Shown here one piece after another: positions 57,852 to 64,000 of a stretch of DNA of 64,000 nucleotides (within the stretch, counting starts at the first letter, position 1; every line of letters starts with the position of its first letter). Below the pieces are notes generated by a model, which saw only the letters and a program-made list of their open reading frames with translations, was not told where the DNA came from and ran no database searches. The stretch lies in assembly GCA_963702425.1 (NCBI GenBank), contig CAVPCQ010000019.1, forward strand, positions 32,001-96,000, in the 5' to 3' direction. The stretch comes from an uncultured Acidobacteriota bacterium (GTDB lineage Bacteria > Acidobacteriota > Polarisedimenticolia > J045). The position numbers were made by a program, and so were the translations under genes.

Positions 57852-58718
57852 TCAGGAGATCTGGGCCAGGATCTTCGCCTTCGCAGCGTTGTAGTCGCTC
57901 TCCGTGATGAGCCCCTGCTTGTACAGGTTCTGGAGCTGTTCGAGCTGCTGCTGGGGCGTCTGGGCCGAAGCCGGATGCTGCGCCGCTGCGGCCGCCGCAG
58001 CGGCGGCCTGGCTGGCCGCGGCGGCAGAGGCAGCAGCCGCCTGGGACGCGGCGGCGGCGGACTGGGCCGAGGCGGCCTGCGTGGCCGCGGCCTGTTGCTG
58101 GGCTGCAGCCTGCTGCTTGGCGGCGGCGCTCTCCTCTGCCGCGGCCGTCGTGGCGACCGCGGCCGTGGTGGCACCGGCGACCACCACGGTCCGCCGGGCG
58201 GCGCGACGCCAGACACCGAGGATGTCGATGAAGAGCGAAGCCGGCCCGGCCCGCTCGGGCAGCCGGCCATTCAGCAGGATGACGTCGTAGGTGAGGTCGT
58301 CACCGGAGAGCCGCGGGTTCATCAACGTGACCACGACGAGAGCGGGTTGCTCGCTCCCCTGCGGCACGACGGAGAGCGTGGCATTCGGCGGCTGGACGCG
58401 GAAGCTGTTGTCGCCCTCGCCCCAGAGCTGCAGGAACTCCCCGGTCGAGAGGTGCCCGGCATCCTTGTCGGGCCGGTTGGCGAAGAACAGCGTCGCCGGG
58501 TTCAGTCCCGTGAGGGTCAGGGTCCGCGCCGCCTCGTCCAGGACGACGCCCTTCGAAGTCTGCACGAACAGCGCCTGCACCTCGGACTGCCCGGGCTCCG
58601 CTCCCGCTGCGCTCGGGGCGTTCGCCAGCGCCAGGGCGGGGGCGGCACACAGCACGAGGATCAGCGTGCACAGCATGAAGCGTGCACGGACACCATTCAT
58701 CGGAAGCACTTTCGTCAT
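57852..58718 (-). CDS. Uncharacterised secreted protein with Ala/Gln linker and C-terminal SHOCT domain
   Basis: Same core as 54830-55450. Ends QLEQLQNLYKQGLITESDYNAAKAKIL (SHOCT). Confidence 0.78.
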   Translation of the reverse strand: MTKVLPMNGVRARFMLCTLILVLCAAPALALANAPSAAGAEPGQSEVQALFVQTSKGVVLDEAARTLTLTGLNPATLFFANRPDKDAGHLSTGEFLQLWGEGDNSFRVQPPNATLSVVPQGSEQPALVVVTLMNPRLSGDDLTYDVILLNGRLPERAGPASLFIDILGVWRRAARRTVVVAGATTAAVATTAAAEESAAAKQQAAAQQQAAATQAASAQSAAAASQAAAASAAAASQAAAAAAAAAQHPASAQTPQQQLEQLQNLYKQGLITESDYNAAKAKILAQIS

Positions 58719-58799
58719 GGGATATCTCCTCTGTCTCTCTGCGATCGTCTCGGCACGGATCGTCTATCTCTGTTCCGTAAACGCCGGGCACCGGGAGGA

Positions 58800-59408
58800 C
58801 TACTTCCTGGTGTACTGGATCTCCATCATCTTGAACATCTTGCCGTCCGGGCCCGGGCCCCAGATCTGGCTGACGAAGCCGGCCCCGGTGTTCGCCACCG
58901 AGACCTTGACCTCGACGGGAGACGGCTTCCCGGTGACCGGGTCGGCGACGGTTCCGTTGAACATCCAGTTCGTGCCCGTGGCATCGGCGGTCCCGGTGTA
59001 CCACTCCATGCTGGTGCTCCCCGAGTCCATGGCGGTCATGACGAACTTCTTCAGGACGTTGTCGTAGCCCACGTAGTCGATCGCGCTGATGATCTCGCCC
59101 TGCGAAACTGCGGCGAGCATGAGCTGGAGATAGCGGTCGCCGAGCACCATGGTGTTGATCGACGTCCCCACGAACTCGGACGGGGGCCCGGACGGATCGG
59201 TCCAGGACTTGCCCACGGCGCTGAAGGTCCCCACCAGGAGCCGCAGGTCACGGTGCGCCGCGCCCGGGGTCATCGCCTCGGCTTCGGCTCTTGCTGCCGC
59301 CGTCGTGCCGGGCGGGTTCGAAGCGGCCTTGGCCGCCTGGGAGAAGGCGGAGGCCGTGAAACACAGGCCGATGATCAGTACGGCCACGAACTGGGGGAAC
59401 CGTTTCAT
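58800..59408 (-). CDS. DUF1579-like secreted protein
   Basis: Signal peptide, PGAAH..L..LVGTF, GYDNVLKKFV..AMDS and terminal MMEIQYTRK. AAGGAGG RBS. Confidence 0.78.
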   Translation of the reverse strand: MKRFPQFVAVLIIGLCFTASAFSQAAKAASNPPGTTAAARAEAEAMTPGAAHRDLRLLVGTFSAVGKSWTDPSGPPSEFVGTSINTMVLGDRYLQLMLAAVSQGEIISAIDYVGYDNVLKKFVMTAMDSGSTSMEWYTGTADATGTNWMFNGTVADPVTGKPSPVEVKVSVANTGAGFVSQIWGPGPDGKMFKMMEIQYTRK

Positions 59409-59420
59409 GCGCAGCCTCCT

Positions 59421-59464
59421 TGGCTTGTGAAGCGCCTGGCTTGTGAAGAGCTTGGTTTGTGAAG
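59421..59464. repeat. Three direct repeats with a 16-bp period (TGG(C/T)TTGTGAAG)
   Basis: TGGCTTGTGAAGCGCC TGGCTTGTGAAGAGCT TGGTTTGTGAAG, immediately upstream of the DUF1579 RBS. Confidence 0.65.
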
Positions 59465-59715
59465 GGAATGTCCGGGCTGACGGCGCCCCCGGGGAGGAAC
59501 GAGGGGCTGCCGGACCCGGGCAACACGAGAAGGACTGCTCCATTGCTGACCTCAACGGTCGGCGCGCCCTGGCGCACGATTCGGCGGTTACGATACACCC
59601 GCTCGGGGGGGGGGGGGTGGGCTAGAATCCAAGCGCCGTTGTCCCCATCCAGCTCGATCAGCCCGGCGACCGCCGCCGGCTCGAGCGGCAGGGATCGACT
59701 TCAAGGAGGATTGCG

Positions 59716-62244
59716 ATGCGCACACGCAGACCGGGTTCCCGTCCGGGGAGGGCGGCGTTCGCCCTCATGGCTCTCGTCCTGGCCGGCCTCGGTATCTTCC
59801 TGGCCGGCGCGCAGCAGGCGGCCCCCCCGGGCTCGCCCGCCGCGACCACCACCATCAGCGGCGAGCAGCTCCCGGCACCGCCGGGGAAGTTCGAAGGCAC
59901 GATCGATCGCACCGTGGCGGGGTCGAAGCCCTACTGGCAGCCGCGCGTCGTGCCGCCGAAGGGCGCACCGAACGTGCTGCTGATCATGACCGATGACACC
60001 GGCTATGGGACGCCCAGCACGTTCGGCGGCGTGATCCCGACGCCGAACCTCGACCGCGTGGCCGCCGGCGGCCTGCGCTACACCAACTTCCACTCGACCG
60101 CGCTCTGCTCGCCGACGCGCGCGGCGCTGATCACGGGGCGCAACCACCACTCGGCCGGCTTCGGTGTGGTCGCGGAGCAGGCGACCGGCTACCCCGGCTA
60201 CGACAGCATCATCACCAAGGACAAGGCGACGATCGGCACGATCCTGCGGGACAACGGCTACCGTACCTCGTGGTTCGGCAAGAACCACAACACGCCGTCC
60301 TTCCAGGCGTCGGCGATCGGACCGTTCGACCAGTGGCCGACCGGGATGGGGTTCGAGTACTTCTACGGCTTCATGGGCGGCGACACCAGCCAATGGCAGC
60401 CGGCGAACCTGGCCCGCAACACGACCTACATCTACCCCTTCCAGGGGAATCCCAAGTTCAACCTGATCACCGCGATGGCCGACGAGGCGATCGCCTACAT
60501 GAACCAGGTCAACACGCTGACCCCGGACCAGCCGTTCTTCGTCTACTACGTGCCCGGGGCCGCGCACGCGCCACACCATCCGACGCCCGAGTGGATCGAC
60601 AAGATCAGCAAGATGCACCTGTTCGACCAGGGCTGGAACAAGCTGCGCGAGCAGGTCTTCGCGAACCAGAAGAAGCTCGGCGTGATCCCCGCCAACGCCA
60701 GGCTGACGCCGTGGCCGAAGGAGCTGCTGAAGGAGTGGGACCAGCTCACGGCCGACGAGAAGAAGATGTTCATCCGGCAGGCCGACGTGTTCGCCGCCTT
60801 CGTGGCCTACACCGACTACGAGATCGGCCGCGTGATCCAGGCGGTCGAGGACATGGGGAAGCTCGACAACACGCTGGTCATCTACATCAGCGGCGACAAC
60901 GGCGGCAGCGCCGAGGGAACGCTGATCGGCACGCCCAACGAGGTCGCGATGTTCAACGGCGCCGAGGTGCCGGTCGCGGACCAGCTCAAGTACTTCTACG
61001 ACGTCTGGGGCTCCGACCGGACCTACAACCACATGGCGGTGGGCTGGTCCTGGGCCTTCGACACCCCGTTCTCGTGGACCAAGCAGGTCGCCTCGCACTT
61101 CGGCGGGACCCGGCAGGGCATGGCGATCATGTGGCCCAGGGTGATCACCGACAAGGGCGGCATCCGCAACCAGTTCCACCACATCATCGACATCGTGCCG
61201 ACGATCCTCGAAGCGACCAAGATCAGGCAGCCGGACTTCGTGGATGGCATCAAGCAGAGCCCGATCGAGGGCGTCAGCATGGCGTACACCTTCGACAAGG
61301 CCAACGCCGGCGCCCCCTCGACGCGGAAGACGCAGTACTTCGAGATGATGGGCGACCACGCCATCTACCACGAAGGCTGGATGGCGAGCACGAAGGTCAT
61401 GCGGCCGCCCTGGGACATCGCGGGCGGCGTCGGGAGCGACCCCGCCGACTACCCGTGGGAGCTGTACGACCTCGCCAACGACTGGACGCAGTCCGAGGAC
61501 GTGGCCGCCAAGCACCCGGACAAGCTGAAGGAGCTCCAGCGGATCTTCTGGGAGGAGGCGCGGAAGTACCAGGTGCTGCCCCTCGACTCCACGGTGGTGA
61601 CGCGGCTGATCACCCCGCGCCCGAGCATCACGGCCGGCCGCAACGTGTTCACCTGGACCGCCCCGCTGACCGGGACGCCCAACGGCGACGCACCGAGCAT
61701 CCTGAACGCCTCGTACAACTTCAAGGCGGAGGTCGAGGTCCCGCAGGGCGGCGGTGACGGGATGCTCATCACGCAGGGCGGCCGCTTCGCGGGGTACGGC
61801 TTCTACATGCTGAAAGGGAAGCCGGTGTTCCTCTGGAACATGGTCGATCTGAAACGCCTGCGCTGGGAAGGGCCCGAGGTGCTCTCGCCCGGCAAGCACG
61901 TGCTCGAATTCGACTTCAAGTACGACGGCCTCGGCATGGCGACGCTGGAGTTCAACAACATGAGCGGCATCGGCCGCAGCGGCACCGGCGTGCTCAAGGT
62001 CGACGGCAAGGCGGTGGCGACGCAGAAGATGGAGCGGACCATCCCGTTCATCCTGGCTTGGGACGAGAACCTCGACGTCGGGTCCGACACCGGGAGCCCG
62101 GTGGCCGACCAGGACTACCAGTGCCCGTTCGCCTTCAATGGGAAGATCGGCAGGATTACGTTGACGATCGACCGGCCGAAGCTGACGCCTGAGGACATCA
62201 AGCAGCTCCAGGCCGCGCAGCGCAACAACAAGACCAGCGAGTGA
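59716..62244 (+). CDS. Arylsulfatase (Cys-type, formylglycine-dependent) with C-terminal beta-sandwich
   Basis: PNVLLIMTDD, CSPTRAALITGRN, FGKNH, GDNG and WELYDL motifs. AAGGAGG RBS and signal peptide. Confidence 0.95.
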   Translation: MRTRRPGSRPGRAAFALMALVLAGLGIFLAGAQQAAPPGSPAATTTISGEQLPAPPGKFEGTIDRTVAGSKPYWQPRVVPPKGAPNVLLIMTDDTGYGTPSTFGGVIPTPNLDRVAAGGLRYTNFHSTALCSPTRAALITGRNHHSAGFGVVAEQATGYPGYDSIITKDKATIGTILRDNGYRTSWFGKNHNTPSFQASAIGPFDQWPTGMGFEYFYGFMGGDTSQWQPANLARNTTYIYPFQGNPKFNLITAMADEAIAYMNQVNTLTPDQPFFVYYVPGAAHAPHHPTPEWIDKISKMHLFDQGWNKLREQVFANQKKLGVIPANARLTPWPKELLKEWDQLTADEKKMFIRQADVFAAFVAYTDYEIGRVIQAVEDMGKLDNTLVIYISGDNGGSAEGTLIGTPNEVAMFNGAEVPVADQLKYFYDVWGSDRTYNHMAVGWSWAFDTPFSWTKQVASHFGGTRQGMAIMWPRVITDKGGIRNQFHHIIDIVPTILEATKIRQPDFVDGIKQSPIEGVSMAYTFDKANAGAPSTRKTQYFEMMGDHAIYHEGWMASTKVMRPPWDIAGGVGSDPADYPWELYDLANDWTQSEDVAAKHPDKLKELQRIFWEEARKYQVLPLDSTVVTRLITPRPSITAGRNVFTWTAPLTGTPNGDAPSILNASYNFKAEVEVPQGGGDGMLITQGGRFAGYGFYMLKGKPVFLWNMVDLKRLRWEGPEVLSPGKHVLEFDFKYDGLGMATLEFNNMSGIGRSGTGVLKVDGKAVATQKMERTIPFILAWDENLDVGSDTGSPVADQDYQCPFAFNGKIGRITLTIDRPKLTPEDIKQLQAAQRNNKTSE

Positions 62245-62467
62245 TCGATGCGGGAAGCCGGCCCGCCCCACCCGGGGCTTGCTTGCTCCCGCCGCGGGGC
62301 GGGATCAATTCCGGTCCGGCCAGGAGGGCCTTCTGGCGTCCCTGGCCACCCGTGTCGCCGTGCGACTCGCGACAGCGTGGTGATGTGAACAGGGAAACGC
62401 ACGCCCGATCGCCGGCGTGAACGGCCGTGCCCAGCGCAGCCGCTCGCCAACACAAGGGGGAATCCGA

Positions 62468-63367
62468 ATGACCGGAACCGGAAGCTTCAGGCTCGCGGGA
62501 CTCGCCAGCCTGGCCCTGCTGGCCGCTGTGGCCTGTGGTGGGCCGCAGAATGGGAAGAGCTCGAGCGCCTCCCGGAATCCTGCCGCGGCTGGTTCCACAC
62601 CGGGCGGAGCCGTGGCCGGCAGCCCGCCTGCGGGCAGCGCGGCAGCCTCAGACACTCGCGCGCAGGGAAGCGAGGCGATGGCCTTCCTGAAGGCCATGTC
62701 GGACTACGTGGGCAGCCAAGCGACGATCGAGCTCACTTTCGACAGCGACATCGAGGTCATCACCCCGCAACTGGAGAAGATCCAGTTCGCCAGTTCCGGC
62801 GAACTGCTGTTGAGCCGCCCGGACAGGCTGCGTGCGCATCGGGTCGGTGGATATTCCGATGTGGAGTTGATCTTCGACGGCAAGACCGTCAGCATCAACG
62901 GACGGAGCGTCAACGGCTACGCGCAGTTCGAAGCCTCAGGGAACCTCGATAACCTGTTCCATGCGCTGCGGGAGGGGCACGGCGTCGCGCTGCCGGCCGC
63001 GGACTTCCTGCTGGCCAATTCCTACGACGTTCTCGTGGCTGGGGTCCAGGAGGCCAAGTACATGGGCCGCGGCGTGATCGACGGCCGGGAGTGCGAGCAC
63101 CTCGCCTACCGCAATTTCGACACCGACTGGCAGCTTTGGCTGGACGTCGGCGAGCGGCCCGTTCCGCGCAAGGTGGTGATCACCAGCAAGACTGTGAACG
63201 GCGCGCCCCAGTACACCATTCGCATCAAGAGCTGGAAGACCGGCGGCAAGCCTGCGCGGGACGCCTTCGTGTTCGTCCCGCCGGCCGGGGCGACGCGGCT
63301 CGACCAGGACGAACTGATCGAACTCGACGAATTGCCGCCGGACTCGCCGGCAGGAGGGACTCGATGA
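62468..63367 (+). CDS. DUF2092 family lipoprotein (LolA-like predicted periplasmic protein)
   Basis: Lipobox LAAVAC, LKAMSDY, RPDRLRA, FDGKTV, LPAADFL, CEHLAYR..DWQLW and PRKVVIT. Confidence 0.85.
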   Translation: MTGTGSFRLAGLASLALLAAVACGGPQNGKSSSASRNPAAAGSTPGGAVAGSPPAGSAAASDTRAQGSEAMAFLKAMSDYVGSQATIELTFDSDIEVITPQLEKIQFASSGELLLSRPDRLRAHRVGGYSDVELIFDGKTVSINGRSVNGYAQFEASGNLDNLFHALREGHGVALPAADFLLANSYDVLVAGVQEAKYMGRGVIDGRECEHLAYRNFDTDWQLWLDVGERPVPRKVVITSKTVNGAPQYTIRIKSWKTGGKPARDAFVFVPPAGATRLDQDELIELDELPPDSPAGGTR

Positions 63368-63732
63368 CACGCGACACTCGCAGATACGGGCTCGTATTCT
63401 GCCTGACGGCTGCGGCATGGGTGTGGAGTGGCACCGACGCGGAGGCCGTAGTCGGAAGGCCGGCGACGCCGGTCAGCTATGCCGGTGTGGCCCGGCGCTC
63501 CACCGTCGGGGCGGGGGCGCCGGGCGTGGGCGTTGCTCCCGGGGTCGGAGTCGGCGCGCCAGGGGTCGGCGTTGCGCCCGGGGTCGGGGCGCCGGGAGTC
63601 GGCGTTACTCCCGGGGTCGGGGCCGGGGCGCCGGGAGTCGGCGTTGCGCCCGGGGTCGGGGCCGGTGCGCCCGGTGCCGGCGCCGCTCCGGCGAATCGCG
63701 GCGGACCCGTGAACAGGGTCGGGGTGAGGTGA
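63364..63732 (+). CDS. Small secreted protein with elastin-like PGVG repeats
   Basis: ATGA overlap with DUF2092. Signal ends AEA, then [17 protein letters not shown] and 8 copies of PGVG. Confidence 0.75.
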   Translation: MTRDTRRYGLVFCLTAAAWVWSGTDAEAVVGRPATPVSYAGVARRSTVGAGAPGVGVAPGVGVGAPGVGVAPGVGAPGVGVTPGVGAGAPGVGVAPGVGAGAPGAGAAPANRGGPVNRVGVR

Positions 63733-63811
63733 GCGCCGGCGAGCGGACGCCCGCTCACCGGTCGCCGTGACGGAGTCCGGCGCGAAGGAAGATCGCGGGA
63801 GAGGCAGGACC

Positions 63812-64000
63812 ATGGCCGGCATCGGAGAGGTCATACACGGCGGTCCGGTGACCCGGGAGGACTTCGCCCGCATCCGCGAAACGCTGCTGTTCGAGGAGCC
63901 GGGCCGCAGCCGGAAGCTGGTGCGCTTTGCCTGCCTGATCGTCCTGGCGGCGGCGATCGCCACGTTCGGCCTGCTTGCGGACTCCGAGGCCACCGTGATC
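63812..64000 (+). CDS. DUF389 family membrane protein, 5' part only
   Basis: MAGIGEV...FACLIVLAAAIATFGLLADSEATVI runs off the window. The IAT.GLL.DS.A.VI motif is typical of DUF389. Confidence 0.7.
   Translation, partial: MAGIGEVIHGGPVTREDFARIRETLLFEEPGRSRKLVRFACLIVLAAAIATFGLLADSEATVI

Overview
This is a very GC-rich bacterial window. The gene content suggests an Acidobacteriota-like diderm, but that is inference only. About 40 CDSs are supported. In order: housekeeping and envelope genes (atoE fragment, yitT, ogt, iodotyrosine-deiodinase-like nitroreductase, PAS hybrid kinase, DUF2339 plus partner); a four-gene DUF1611-like NTPase / ABC exporter / secreted Ig-repeat protein / beta-barrel operon; murJ, an L,D-transpeptidase, an antiporter, a VPS10/BNR hydrolase and mscL. 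Next is an ~19-kb block of secreted proteins bounded by gene remnants and dominated by a ~5,300-aa subtilase with five 1,881-bp repeats. It is followed by a SAM-cycle locus (SahR-like regulator, ahcY, three-piece split methionine synthase with no pterin module) and an arylsulfatase-centred block with DUF proteins and an elastin-like secreted peptide. A GTAG-type REP family is present, including a tandem array that re-copies the 3' end of yitT. At least nine single-base frameshifts interrupt otherwise intact genes, most likely long-read consensus errors. No rRNA, tRNA, CRISPR-Cas, integrase, transposase or reverse transcriptase was recognised. All family assignments come from motif recognition by eye, not database searches.
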